Sequence record: PV467749.1
Length of the DNA: 64,000 nucleotides
Source of the DNA: a phage
Reading direction: 5' to 3' (one strand)
Position numbers and translations under genes: made by a program. Positions 1 through 7,869 of this stretch are shown one piece after another (position 1 is the stretch's first letter; each line of letters starts with the position of its first letter). Below the pieces are notes generated by a model. It was not told the DNA's origin. It saw only the letters and a program-made list of their open reading frames with translations, and made no database searches.

Positions 1-176
1 ATGTAATTATACACATTGGCTTCTTGATAGTTAGTTCCCAGTGTAGCTTGAACATAGATTTCATTTAACTTAATAATTTTATCAGTATCTGGTAGTTTTG
101 ATGTGTTAATGGCAAATAACTTCAAAAACAGTCCATTTAAGATTGTTAGGTATTCTTCGTCGGTAATGATTCGCAT
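1..176 (-). CDS. family-1 small protein (LGTNYQ motif), C-terminus cut by window edge
   Basis: Minus frame reads MRIITDEEYLTILNG..ATLGTNYQEANVYNY and runs off the left edge; same layout as the copies to its right. Confidence 0.6.
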   Translation of the reverse strand, partial: MRIITDEEYLTILNGLFLKLFAINTSKLPDTDKIIKLNEIYVQATLGTNYQEANVYNY

Positions 177-382
177 TTGCATTGGATAAACCTTTTTAGT
201 TCTTTGATGTAATCATTAATATTGCATTCTTGATAGTTAGTCCCTAGGGTAGCTTGAACATAGATTTCACTCATTAGAATATTTTTTTCTTCATCAGGTA
301 AATCTGTGGTCTTTGCTATATACAATTTTAGAATTAAACTACTTAATAGTTCGTGGTATTCACTTGGTGAAAGGATTTTCAT
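146..382 (-). CDS. family-1 small protein (LGTNYQ motif)
   Basis: Motif ATLGTNYQE. Start set at MKIL, giving an ATGA overlap with the upstream stop (track start 388 adds MQ). Confidence 0.75.
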   Translation of the reverse strand: MKILSPSEYHELLSSLILKLYIAKTTDLPDEEKNILMSEIYVQATLGTNYQECNINDYIKELKRFIQCKCESLPTKNT

Positions 383-594
383 TTGCATGTTCTCAGTACA
401 GATTCTTTAAGTTCATCGATGTAGTCCTCAACGAATTGCTCTTGGAAGTTAGTTCCAACATATAAAAGAACTCTTAAATCTGCTCTAAGTAACTCTTTTT
501 CATCATCATCTATATCAGACAATGTTATGTTTAAGAATTTACTTGTATTAAAGATTAACAATTCTGTTTGTTCACTGTGGCTTAAAATTTTCAT
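379..594 (-). CDS. family-1 small protein (LGTNYQ motif)
   Basis: Tandem paralog, motif YVGTNFQEQ, N-terminus MKILSHSEQ. Confidence 0.75.
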   Translation of the reverse strand: MKILSHSEQTELLIFNTSKFLNITLSDIDDDEKELLRADLRVLLYVGTNFQEQFVEDYIDELKESVLRTCK

Positions 595-802
595 AATCTC
601 TTTTTGCTTTCCTCGCCAAAAGGTACATATACGATTCTTCGTATTGTGCTTGGTAGTTTGTGTTTAAGAGTCGAAACAACTTCTGTTCTGCTAGAACGAG
701 TTGCTTATCTTCATAACAACGATAGCGTATCAACTTTTTGTATTCGATGTTGATTACATCCATTACTATAAGCCCATGTTCATCATCTGTCAAGTGTTTC
801 AT
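572..802 (-). CDS. family-1 small protein (LGTNYQ motif)
   Basis: Tandem paralog, motif LLNTNYQAQ; ATGA overlap with upstream gene. Confidence 0.75.
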   Translation of the reverse strand: MKHLTDDEHGLIVMDVINIEYKKLIRYRCYEDKQLVLAEQKLFRLLNTNYQAQYEESYMYLLARKAKRDYENFKPQ

Positions 803-1041
803 GCATTTTTTCTTTTTCTTATATGTTTAGTTAAAAGGTATATTAGTTTTCTGATGTATTCTTCTTGGTAGTTTGTTCCTAGGAGTGCAAGAAGCTTTGC
901 TTCAACTAGAGCTAATTGACGTTCTTCAAATGTGTGTTCCAGTATGTACTTTGGGTTTGATTTTTTAGAAATTGCACTATTAGTTTTCATTACAATCTTA
1001 TGATATTCATTAACTGTTAGGATTTTTAAATTCTTGAGCAT
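799..1041 (-). CDS. family-1 small protein (LGTNYQ motif)
   Basis: Tandem paralog, motif LLGTNYQEE. Confidence 0.75.
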   Translation of the reverse strand: MLKNLKILTVNEYHKIVMKTNSAISKKSNPKYILEHTFEERQLALVEAKLLALLGTNYQEEYIRKLIYLLTKHIRKRKNA

Positions 1042-1255
1042 GTACCTTTTCCTTTATAGAGAATTTAAGATATCGAAGCATACTTTCAATGTAATACTCT
1101 TGTCTGTCAGTTCCAAGAAAGTACATGAGTTGAATGTATAAAACTTCTGCACTCCTTTCGGCAGGTGACTTGTTTGTGTCGTTTGGAAGTTGATTTGTAA
1201 GTTTTCTGGATTTAATTAATCGTTCTTTTAACTCATCGTCTGTTAAGTATTTCAT
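1010..1255 (-). CDS. family-1 small protein (LGTDRQ variant)
   Basis: Motif FLGTDRQEY. Start set at MKYLTDDE, 1 nt after the upstream stop (track start 1267 adds MQNE). Close to copies at 1257 and 1477. Confidence 0.75.
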   Translation of the reverse strand: MKYLTDDELKERLIKSRKLTNQLPNDTNKSPAERSAEVLYIQLMYFLGTDRQEYYIESMLRYLKFSIKEKVHAQEFKNPNS

Positions 1256-1256
1256 T

Positions 1257-1475
1257 TCATTTTGCATTTACTTTTTCCATAATACTCATTACAAGATGTT
1301 CAATCATATTTTGAACCATAAATTCTTGTTTATCAGTTCCAAGAACGTATTGTAGCTTCTGAAACAATACATTCGCAGACATTTCATATATTGATTGATT
1401 TGGAACGAACTTAAGAGTAATGTTATTGGCTTTTAACATCTTCTCTTGAAATTCTTCATTCGTTAAGTATATCAT
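1257..1475 (-). CDS. family-1 small protein (LGTDKQ variant)
   Basis: Motif VLGTDKQEF; start set at MIYLTNEE (track 1487 adds MQSE). Confidence 0.75.
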   Translation of the reverse strand: MIYLTNEEFQEKMLKANNITLKFVPNQSIYEMSANVLFQKLQYVLGTDKQEFMVQNMIEHLVMSIMEKVNAK

Positions 1476-1476
1476 T

Positions 1477-1701
1477 TCACTTTGCATTTATTTTTTCCAT
1501 AATAGTGATTTTAAGATATTTAATTATACGTTCAACGTGATACTCTTGCCTATCAGTTCCAAGAAGGTATGGTAATGACTGGAATAAAACTTCTGCACTC
1601 CTTTCCGCTGGGGTTTGGTTTGGGTTGTGTGGAAGATATTTTGTAAGTTTTTTGGATTTATCTAGTCTTTCTGTTAACTCATCATGTGTTAAGTATATCA
1701 T
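1477..1701 (-). CDS. family-1 small protein (LGTDRQ variant)
   Basis: Motif LLGTDRQEY; start set at MIYLTHDE, giving an ATGA overlap (track 1713 adds MQNE). Confidence 0.75.
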   Translation of the reverse strand: MIYLTHDELTERLDKSKKLTKYLPHNPNQTPAERSAEVLFQSLPYLLGTDRQEYHVERIIKYLKITIMEKINAK

Positions 1702-1940
1702 TTCATTTTGCATTTAATGTTCCTTACGTAAATTGTCTGGATTAAAAGTGAAATCCATTTTTCTACATATTGGTTTTGATACTGTGTACCTAAGAGGAAC
1801 TGCATTTTAAACTCTGCTTCAAGTTCATATCTCTTTTCTATAGAAAAGCTTAAATGACCATATTCCTTATCGTATCGTCTCATAGCTTCCCCAATTCTAT
1901 CAAATCTTTCTGCTAATCTGATGTTATTCACAATATTCAT
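1698..1940 (-). CDS. family-1 small protein (LGTQYQ variant)
   Basis: Motif LLGTQYQNQ; ATGA overlap upstream. Confidence 0.7.
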   Translation of the reverse strand: MNIVNNIRLAERFDRIGEAMRRYDKEYGHLSFSIEKRYELEAEFKMQFLLGTQYQNQYVEKWISLLIQTIYVRNIKCKMK

Positions 1941-2194
1941 CGATCAGTACACCTCAGTGGTTGGGTCATTTGATAAAAGTACAGCTTACCTTTGATTTCC
2001 AATAGTAACTCCGCGATTAAGCGATTTACTTCTGGCTCTTGATAGTTTGTTCCTAAGAATACACCCATCTTTAACTCACGCATCATAATCATTTTCTTAC
2101 TGTGTTGAATTTCTGGGTTGTGATAGATTGTATTACGTTTGTGTGTAATTTTTGTCATACGCTCGGTATATTCATCTTTACTTAAATTGATCAT
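1937..2194 (-). CDS. family-1 small protein (LGTNYQ motif)
   Basis: Motif FLGTNYQEP; ATGA overlaps on both sides. Confidence 0.75.
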   Translation of the reverse strand: MINLSKDEYTERMTKITHKRNTIYHNPEIQHSKKMIMMRELKMGVFLGTNYQEPEVNRLIAELLLEIKGKLYFYQMTQPLRCTDR

Positions 2195-2427
2195 TTTTTA
2201 TTCTCCAAAGCATCGCATTTATTTTCGATACAATTCATTAGTTCTCTAAGATAGTTTTTTACCTTACCTGCCTGATAGTTCGTCCCCAGGAAGTTGCATA
2301 ACTCTGCTTCTATTATTTTGATTCTTCTGTTATCAGGTTTCAATTTTTTGTTATTGAAGATTTGAATCCTTATATCCCTTGATGCATTTAAACGTTTTTG
2401 ATAATCATGGTAAGATAAATGAATCAT
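2191..2427 (-). CDS. family-1 small protein (LGTNYQ motif)
   Basis: Motif FLGTNYQAG; ATGA overlaps. Confidence 0.75.
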   Translation of the reverse strand: MIHLSYHDYQKRLNASRDIRIQIFNNKKLKPDNRRIKIIEAELCNFLGTNYQAGKVKNYLRELMNCIENKCDALENKK

Positions 2428-2636
2428 TTACTTTGTATCTCTCTCTTGAGGGCATCAATTAACAACAGTACAGCATTCTCTTGATAGTTTGTTCCTAAGA
2501 CTGAAAGCATCTTAATCTCATTTACTACAATCAACTTCTTTGAGCGTTCAATAATGTTACTATTATAAACGGCGTTACGTGCTGGATAAGTTTTTGCAAG
2601 ACGATCATAATATTCATCTTTACTTAAATTAATCAT
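2424..2636 (-). CDS. family-1 small protein (LGTNYQ motif)
   Basis: Motif VLGTNYQEN; start set at MINLSKDEY, giving an ATGA overlap (track 2642 adds MQ). Confidence 0.75.
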   Translation of the reverse strand: MINLSKDEYYDRLAKTYPARNAVYNSNIIERSKKLIVVNEIKMLSVLGTNYQENAVLLLIDALKREIQSK

Positions 2637-2851
2637 TTGCATTTACTTTTGACCTCTTTCAGTAGAGCATCAACCCATATGTCTACATACATTTGTTGAT
2701 AGTTTGTGTCTAATAGTGCACCTACATATAGTTCAGCTACCATTGCGTGCTTTAGGTCAACAGGGATGCTCTTATCAGATTGAATCTTTACCCTTCTGCT
2801 TCCACATGTTTTCAGAAGCTTAACATATTCGTAACCTATTAATTTTCTCAT
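2633..2851 (-). CDS. family-1 small protein (LDTNYQ variant)
   Basis: Motif LLDTNYQQM; ATGA overlap. Confidence 0.75.
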   Translation of the reverse strand: MRKLIGYEYVKLLKTCGSRRVKIQSDKSIPVDLKHAMVAELYVGALLDTNYQQMYVDIWVDALLKEVKSKCK

Positions 2852-3063
2852 TCTCTGGATAACACCTTGTTGCGTAAGGCACTTAACAATACGTCAGTGT
2901 AGATGTTTTGATAGTTTGTTCCTACGAAAGCACCCAACTTCATTTCAGCTATTATAACACATTTGTCCTCTTGTGCAATAGACTTGTCTAAAGAAATACT
3001 AACAACTTTCCTTCTTATAGCTTGTAACCTCCAATGATACTGAAACTCATTTAGTGTTATCAT
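2848..3063 (-). CDS. family-1 small protein (LGTNYQ motif)
   Basis: Motif FVGTNYQNI. Confidence 0.75.
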   Translation of the reverse strand: MITLNEFQYHWRLQAIRRKVVSISLDKSIAQEDKCVIIAEMKLGAFVGTNYQNIYTDVLLSALRNKVLSRE

Positions 3064-3298
3064 TATCTCGTCTCCATATCTCGGTTCTAATGTGTTGACA
3101 TTGTGCTTCGATGAACATATCTATTGATTTGGCAATTGCGTTTTTATCTGTGCCAGTCATCAGTACAAGCATCTCGGCCTCACAGTGAAGTAAACGCATG
3201 ATATCATAGGGTAATATTCCAGATACCGTGTCATAGTGTTTCTGTGCCAGTGTCTGTAATAGTTTACAATACATTTTGTGATTTAGTCTGTGTCGCAT
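3047..3298 (-). CDS. family-1 small protein, divergent member
   Basis: Same size and position in the array, but the motif is degraded to MTGTDKNAI. Confidence 0.6.
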   Translation of the reverse strand: MRHRLNHKMYCKLLQTLAQKHYDTVSGILPYDIMRLLHCEAEMLVLMTGTDKNAIAKSIDMFIEAQCQHIRTEIWRRDNDNTK

Positions 3299-3537
3299 TG
3301 TTTATTCCATTCTTTTTTTTTGGCCTTGATGGTTTTATATTGGATTTGGTTTCTTAATGCTGATAAGTATCGTTGAATGAACAGATCTTGATAGTTTGTT
3401 CCAATGAATTTCATAAGATAAAGTTCACCGTTGATAACATCCACTTCAGGTGCACCATATAAGGCATTGTTTTTTCTAAGGGCATGGATTAAAGAGAATA
3501 GGGCAGTTTGATACTCAACTCCTGATAAAATCTTCAT
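3283..3537 (-). CDS. family-1 small protein (LGTNYQ motif)
   Basis: Motif FIGTNYQDL; start set at MKILSGVEY (track 3558 adds MIICSQN). Confidence 0.7.
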   Translation of the reverse strand: MKILSGVEYQTALFSLIHALRKNNALYGAPEVDVINGELYLMKFIGTNYQDLFIQRYLSALRNQIQYKTIKAKKKEWNKQCDTD

Positions 3538-3772
3538 GTTTTGTGAGCAAATAATCATCTAGTTTATCCTGTATAACATTCGTTAATTGTTCGATATATT
3601 CTGTGCAAAACTTATCTTGATATTGAGTCCCCATAAAGTACAGCAACCATAGCTCATTAACTTTAGCTCGCATTTGGTTCCATGTAAGGCTGGGGTCATC
3701 GTAGACTATCCTTGCTATAGGGGTTAGTTTACGGACTATAGTTTCATATTCATCTAGTGTTAAGTGTTTCAT
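3515..3772 (-). CDS. family-1 small protein (GTQYQ variant)
   Basis: Motif FMGTQYQDK; ATGA overlap upstream. Confidence 0.75.
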   Translation of the reverse strand: MKHLTLDEYETIVRKLTPIARIVYDDPSLTWNQMRAKVNELWLLYFMGTQYQDKFCTEYIEQLTNVIQDKLDDYLLTKHEDFIRS

Positions 3773-3987
3773 TTACATTTGTCCCTTATTAGATCAGTGA
3801 GGGCAACTATGTGTGCAACAACATACTCTTCCTGAAAGTTCGTCCCCAGTACAGCCATCATGCGTATATCGGTGGTGTTTATCCTGTGTTCCCTTACACA
3901 TAAACCTTCTGTGTGAGGAAGTGTAAAATATTTGTTTATTGCAGCAACGATAATTTTATTCTTCTCGGAGTTACTTAAATGTTTCAT
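3769..3987 (-). CDS. family-1 small protein (LGTNFQ variant)
   Basis: Motif VLGTNFQEE; ATGA overlaps. Confidence 0.75.
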   Translation of the reverse strand: MKHLSNSEKNKIIVAAINKYFTLPHTEGLCVREHRINTTDIRMMAVLGTNFQEEYVVAHIVALTDLIRDKCK

Positions 3988-4196
3988 AGTTTACTCCTGA
4001 TATAATTCTGAAGTGCAATTAAGTATTCCCCTACATAATACACCTGAAAGTCTGTATCAAGGAATGCACCCATAAGTAAATCTTTTTCTAATACCCTTGA
4101 TAAGTTAAGGTCTGCATTTGAAAGGTATATAAGTAAGATTTCACCCTGTGCGGAATTGAAACGTTTCTTATATTCTTCTGGTGTTAAAAAAATCAT
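3984..4196 (-). CDS. family-1 small protein (LDTDFQ variant)
   Basis: Motif FLDTDFQVY; close duplicate of 4193..4408 (shared DLNL..VLE..LLGAFL and YIRSKL). Confidence 0.75.
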   Translation of the reverse strand: MIFLTPEEYKKRFNSAQGEILLIYLSNADLNLSRVLEKDLLMGAFLDTDFQVYYVGEYLIALQNYIRSKL

Positions 4197-4408
4197 AATT
4201 TGCTCCTGATATATTTCTCAAGAGATGACAAATACTTTTCCTCATAATACTTCTGATAGTCTGTTCCTAAGAATGCACCCAAAAGTATTTCATTTTCCAA
4301 TACCTCGGCTAAGTTTAAATCAGAAGTCTCTTCGTATATTATGAGGATTTCAAGTTGTCTGGCAGCGATGCGTTCAGTATATTGATATGAGTTTTCTATA
4401 ATAATCAT
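4193..4408 (-). CDS. family-1 small protein (LGTDYQ variant)
   Basis: Motif FLGTDYQKY; ATGA overlaps. Confidence 0.75.
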   Translation of the reverse strand: MIIIENSYQYTERIAARQLEILIIYEETSDLNLAEVLENEILLGAFLGTDYQKYYEEKYLSSLEKYIRSKL

Positions 4409-4614
4409 AATTTACTCTTTATATCTTGAATTAAAAATCGAATCCATTCTTCAACATAATCTTCCTGATGGTTTGTGTTCAGTACAGCCAACATGCGGAT
4501 CTCTGCTCTTGCAACTTCAATTTCAGTTTTAGGAAGGTCTTTGCTGATATCCACCATTAAGTCCATGTATTTCAAGATAAGACCGTATGATTGGGTTCGT
4601 GTTATAGTTTTCAT
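4405..4614 (-). CDS. family-1 small protein (LNTNHQ variant)
   Basis: Motif VLNTNHQED; ATGA overlaps. Confidence 0.75.
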   Translation of the reverse strand: MKTITRTQSYGLILKYMDLMVDISKDLPKTEIEVARAEIRMLAVLNTNHQEDYVEEWIRFLIQDIKSKL

Positions 4615-4811
4615 TGTTTCCTCGTGGACAATATTTTATTTTTCAATGTATCCATATATTGAATCACCCATCTTTCCTGATAGTTAGTTCCCAAAGTAAT
4701 CAAAAGGTATAACTCCATTCGTTCTACGTGTGTGTCTGTATTATAAATCTTTGTGAAGTTTTTACGTAACAGTTCTTGATAATCTTCTTTATTTAAAATA
4801 CGCATTTTCAT
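4611..4811 (-). CDS. family-1 small protein (LGTNYQ motif)
   Basis: Motif TLGTNYQER; ATGA overlap. Confidence 0.75.
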   Translation of the reverse strand: MKMRILNKEDYQELLRKNFTKIYNTDTHVERMELYLLITLGTNYQERWVIQYMDTLKNKILSTRKQ

Positions 4812-5005
4812 AGTCTACCTTTTATGTCCCTTCGTAATTCTTGTAAGTATAGTTCGATATACTTTTCTTGATAGTTAGTTCCTATGAAAAGTTTCATAAC
4901 CAATTCACGCTTATATGCAATACCACGGATATGTGACATATGTAGGATATATGCCATGTTGGATATGAGTGTGTGGTTGTGCTCTTCTTGAGTTAAAATA
5001 CGCAT
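4808..5005 (-). CDS. family-1 small protein (LGTNYQ motif), first gene of the array
   Basis: Motif FIGTNYQEK; SD GGAG upstream; a promoter lies just upstream. Confidence 0.75.
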   Translation of the reverse strand: MRILTQEEHNHTLISNMAYILHMSHIRGIAYKRELVMKLFIGTNYQEKYIELYLQELRRDIKGRL

Positions 5006-5035
5006 AGGGACTCCATTAAAAATAATATCAATCCA

Positions 5036-5063
5036 ATAATATACGATTCATATAAAAAGTCAA
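5036..5063 (-). promoter_or_regulatory. sigma70-type promoter for the family-1 array
   Basis: TTGACT-N16-TATTAT on the minus strand, about 30 nt upstream of the ATG at 5005. Confidence 0.55.
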
Positions 5064-5254
5064 TAACATTTTATAAGTAATACCCCTTTATCGAAGTCGC
5101 TAAGGTTACCCGCCCTTTAGCCCCCTACGCATTTTGCCATAGTCCAATCCCTTTTTATTCATAAAAGTCAAGGGATTACCTATGCATTTTTTTAACGCTG
5201 AAGTTTAAAAATGCCTTGACTTTTTTATGATTCAGTACTAAATCCTTTTACGCA

Positions 5255-5464
5255 TTAATCCTTCGTTACGCTTACGATTATCTGTGTATCCCCATAGTCC
5301 TGCCATACTTCCACGCCAGCCGTCGCCCTGGTTAGTCGTGCTGTCATCTGCTTAATGGTCTTAGGCTTTAGTGGAACCTGTTGCAGTACTGTACGCATAG
5401 CACTATCGACGTTATCATGTACGCCTGCAATAGTGCCTAGGACGCTGTATACTGTATAGAACAT
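5255..5464 (-). CDS. hypothetical protein
   Basis: 69-aa ORF, SD AGGAGGG upstream; GGCCGC..GCGGCC stem-loop in the leader. Confidence 0.65.
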   Translation of the reverse strand: MFYTVYSVLGTIAGVHDNVDSAMRTVLQQVPLKPKTIKQMTARLTRATAGVEVWQDYGDTQIIVSVTKD

Positions 5465-5532
5465 ATGTATGCCCTCCTGATATAGTTAAGGCCGCTACAA
5501 GGCGGCCTATGATGTTTGGTGATGTGTAACGC

Positions 5533-5934
5533 TTACAGTCCTAAGATAGTGCGTGCTTCGTTACGTTCCGTACACAGCTGCATGATGTGAGCAAGTAAGT
5601 CCTTGCTAATGTATCCGGTGTTCATAGCTTCACGAATAGATACATCATAAGCACCGAACCCAGTGCGAACGATACGCACATCATTCAGGTTAGTATTATA
5701 GATACCGCCGAGATCAACGGCTTCGAATACTACATCAACAGAATATTCATTGTTGCCATCGTGGAAGTTTTCCAGTGCAATAGTATTGGAAACCGCCCAA
5801 CGTTTGCAGTTTCCAATGATGCGGCACTGTTCCGGTTGGATAGTGCCATTACTTACAGCGTACTCCAGTGCATCTTTACCAAAAGTCCGAGCCAGTACTA
5901 AAACGTCAGCGAAGGAAGTGATTGAGAAGGTCAT
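5533..5934 (-). CDS. hypothetical protein
   Basis: Start moved to MTFSITSF (SD AAGGAG). The 21 extra residues in the track are read-through of the promoter/hairpin cassette. Confidence 0.75.
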   Translation of the reverse strand: MTFSITSFADVLVLARTFGKDALEYAVSNGTIQPEQCRIIGNCKRWAVSNTIALENFHDGNNEYSVDVVFEAVDLGGIYNTNLNDVRIVRTGFGAYDVSIREAMNTGYISKDLLAHIMQLCTERNEARTILGL

Positions 5935-5988
5935 GATAAAACTCCTTAATTTAGGAGGGAGAACCATTTCCCCCTCTCTATGTAAAAC

Positions 5989-6016
5989 ATTATACATGAA
6001 TCTAAGTACTATGCAA
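5989..6016 (-). promoter_or_regulatory. promoter + 5' stem-loop cassette (PeSL-like)
   Basis: TTGCAT-N16-TATAAT, then GAGGGGGAAATGGTTCTCCC hairpin (about 5954-5978); drives 5533..5934. Confidence 0.7.
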
Positions 6017-6023
6017 GTACTTT

Positions 6024-6356
6024 TTACATTTTGATACCTGGATTCAGGTAGCGGTGAGATCCATACTCTGGATCGGTTTCGGTCCAGTACTGTAAATCGA
6101 TAGTACCTTTCGCGTTAATCTTGTCTACCAGCTTATTCATCTTAGCGTATACTACATCAGCATCGATGCGTTTAAAGCCAGTGGCTTTAGTGAAGTAGTA
6201 GTGATTTGCTTCACTATCATTCAGGATGTACCGAGAACCGTTTGCCGTTTGTGCGATAATGATTGAGTATTCTACGTTACGGTCGAGGCCGTCGATGAAT
6301 ACAGAGGAAACATTAGTACGGATGAATGCTTTAACGATAGCGATTGAAGTAGTCAT
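6024..6356 (-). CDS. hypothetical protein
   Basis: 110-aa ORF, SD GGAGAT, own promoter. Confidence 0.75.
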   Translation of the reverse strand: MTTSIAIVKAFIRTNVSSVFIDGLDRNVEYSIIIAQTANGSRYILNDSEANHYYFTKATGFKRIDADVVYAKMNKLVDKINAKGTIDLQYWTETDPEYGSHRYLNPGIKM

Positions 6357-6409
6357 TTTGAATCTCCTAACTTTGTGGGCCGTCGCACCATTGCCGCCCT
6401 ACGAGATAC

Positions 6410-6438
6410 ATTATCGCAGTACTGATATACTTTGTCAA
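6410..6438 (-). promoter_or_regulatory. sigma70-type promoter
   Basis: TTGACA-N17-GATAAT, followed by a GC-rich hairpin; drives 6024..6356. Confidence 0.65.
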
Positions 6439-6550
6439 TACTTTTTTATTAATAGTTTTCACCCCACCAGCAGATAGTTACTCACCGTTATTAACTATAT
6501 ATTTTGGATACACCTATGCACCCTGTGGGCTAGTTTTTGTCTATGCGTAT

Positions 6551-6590
6551 ATAATAGCAAAGGGACTGACCGGAGTCAATCCCTTTTTTT
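6551..6590 (-). promoter_or_regulatory. terminator-promoter fusion cassette
   Basis: Hairpin GGGATTGAC-TCCG-GTCAGTCCC (6562-6583) contains the -35 TTGACT; N17; TATTAT (6551-6556). Sits directly after the stop of 6602..6802. Confidence 0.6.
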
Positions 6591-6601
6591 ATTCTTTTTT
6601 G

Positions 6602-6802
6602 TTAGATGATTCTCCAATCATCAACGATCATGGTAAGATACCGAACCAGTGATTCGAGTGATTCGTGTTCTCGATAGTCTGCCGCTCCACCAGCGGTACA
6701 AGTACAGCCGATTAAGCCGTTTTGTAGTTCCTGGATCTTTACGTCGATCTGGTTGGCTTTAGCTTCTTTCAGTACTGCAACCAGGGCGATAGCGATAGAC
6801 AT
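6602..6802 (-). CDS. hypothetical protein
   Basis: 66-aa ORF, SD GGAG, own PeSL-like cassette. Confidence 0.65.
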   Translation of the reverse strand: MSIAIALVAVLKEAKANQIDVKIQELQNGLIGCTCTAGGAADYREHESLESLVRYLTMIVDDWRII

Positions 6803-6857
6803 AATGTTTTACTCCAAACTATTGGCGGGAGAACTATTCCCCCGCTCTATGTAAAAC

Positions 6858-6885
6858 ATTATACATTACTGGTTAGTACTGTCAA
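6858..6885 (-). promoter_or_regulatory. promoter + 5' stem-loop cassette (PeSL-like)
   Basis: TTGACA-N16-TATAAT, then GAGCGGGGGAATAGTTCTCCCGCC hairpin. Confidence 0.7.
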
Positions 6886-6892
6886 ATAGTTT

Positions 6893-7150
6893 TTATGAAA
6901 TATCTTCGATGTAGTCGGCCCATTTCATTTTTTCAGTACTGTCAATGGCGACCGGATTATTTGGATCAAACCATTCACCATCACCGCAATACATACCCAC
7001 GGCTACGGTTTTATAGCCATCCTGGGCAGTACACCACGACATTGCACGATAGATATGGCCTTTAACTGGTTGCAGTACTGGTAACGTTTTATGGTCTTCT
7101 ACGTAGGCCATAGCTTGTGGATTTACCCGATATTGTGTGAACTGATCCAT
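6893..7150 (-). CDS. hypothetical protein
   Basis: 85-aa ORF with own promoter. Confidence 0.7.
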   Translation of the reverse strand: MDQFTQYRVNPQAMAYVEDHKTLPVLQPVKGHIYRAMSWCTAQDGYKTVAVGMYCGDGEWFDPNNPVAIDSTEKMKWADYIEDIS

Positions 7151-7178
7151 TATGTTTCCCCTTGTAGTTAGTAAAGTT

Positions 7179-7207
7179 ATTACATCAGTACTATCAAGCT
7201 ATGTCAA
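7179..7207 (-). promoter_or_regulatory. sigma70-type promoter
   Basis: TTGACA-N17-TGTAAT; no hairpin. Confidence 0.55.
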
Positions 7208-7226
7208 TAGTACTGAAATAAAACTT

Positions 7227-7451
7227 TTAGATTAGATTATTGAGGCCGTCAATGGTAGACTCACCTTCTTCTTTCTCCCATTGTCGGTAGTACTTCCATG
7301 CTTCATGATAGGTGGCGATTAGTTCATCTTTTTGATCCTGGTTACATGCCAGTACTGAATCACGGTGAGCGGTGTTATAGATAGAATCGAATGATTTCTT
7401 CTCTTCTGCCAGGTTAGCTACTTCCCGCATCAGTTCATCAAAGTTAGCCAT
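7227..7451 (-). CDS. hypothetical protein
   Basis: 74-aa acidic ORF, SD AAGGAG. Confidence 0.7.
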   Translation of the reverse strand: MANFDELMREVANLAEEKKSFDSIYNTAHRDSVLACNQDQKDELIATYHEAWKYYRQWEKEEGESTIDGLNNLI

Positions 7452-7498
7452 TTTATTACTCCTTTTAGTGGGGGAGGATATCTCCCCCTATGCAAAAC

Positions 7499-7526
7499 AT
7501 TATACTTTGTTTTAGTTATTATGCAA
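7499..7526 (-). promoter_or_regulatory. promoter + 5' stem-loop cassette (PeSL-like)
   Basis: TTGCAT-N16-TATAAT, then GGGGGAGATATCCTCCCCC hairpin (7470-7488). Overlaps the stop of the upstream gene. Confidence 0.7.
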
Positions 7527-7782
7527 GTACTTTTTTCATATAAACATTAAATTCTACACCGCCGTAACCTTCCACGATGATATGTTTTGCGTTATCACGT
7601 TTGCACATAGTGAAACCGTTGTTGATGTGTTCTGAATTTTCCAGGGCGACATCACCGATAGCGGCACATACAGCACTAATAACAGTATTCCGCAAAGTAC
7701 TGGTATCATTGGCGGTCATAGTAGTTTGCAGTACTACGTTGTCGTATACGTGTGCATTGATAGTGATTTCGATAGTGTTCAT
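7519..7782 (-). CDS. hypothetical protein
   Basis: Start moved to MNTIEITI (SD AGGAG). The track N-terminus MFYIERGKWF.. is translated cassette sequence. Confidence 0.7.
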   Translation of the reverse strand: MNTIEITINAHVYDNVVLQTTMTANDTSTLRNTVISAVCAAIGDVALENSEHINNGFTMCKRDNAKHIIVEGYGGVEFNVYMKKVLA

Positions 7783-7834
7783 GTTGTATCTCCTGGACTT
7801 GAGGGGAAACCATTTCCCCCTCTCGATATAAAAC

Positions 7835-7862
7835 ATTATACGTTAATCTAACTACAATGCAA
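7835..7862 (-). promoter_or_regulatory. promoter + 5' stem-loop cassette (PeSL-like)
   Basis: TTGCAT-N16-TATAAT + GGGGGAAATGGTTTCCCC hairpin. Confidence 0.7.
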
Positions 7863-7869
7863 GTACTTT

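Larger units (their letters stand above)
1..5005 (-). repeat. tandem gene array, family 1 (LGTNYQ-motif small proteins), 22 complete + 1 edge-truncated copies
   Basis: Head-to-tail ORFs of 65-91 aa, mostly with ATGA start/stop overlaps. The DNA motif CTTGATAGTTnGTTCC (codons for GTNYQE) recurs once per gene. Confidence 0.85.

Noticed and set aside
1-5005. Regular recurrence every ~200-260 bp of an 18-nt word (CTTGATAGTTnGTTCC), which looks superficially like a repeat-spacer array
   Set aside because: The word is the codon string for GTNYQE inside each paralogous ORF and its period equals the gene length. The 'spacers' are far too long and are coding, and there are no palindromic CRISPR-type repeats or cas genes.
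5064-5254. GC-richer patch with hairpins (GCTAAAGG..CCTTAGC; GTCAAGG..CCTTGAC) between gene 5255 and the family-1 promoter, considered as a small RNA or degenerate cassette
   Set aside because: I could not define a promoter-terminator pair or match it convincingly to the other repeat families. It is noted only as structured intergenic DNA.
5935-5997. N-terminal extensions in the ORF track such as MYNVLHREGE.., MFYIERGKWF.., MTVLKCFST.. (also at 7783-7836, 9131-9265, 9940-9996, 10214-10270, 10490-10546, 12940-12999, 18731-18787, 23892-24032, 56300-56347)
   Set aside because: They are translations of the conserved promoter/hairpin cassettes. The same peptide recurs in front of unrelated proteins, and a good SD plus ATG lies just downstream. 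Starts were moved accordingly.
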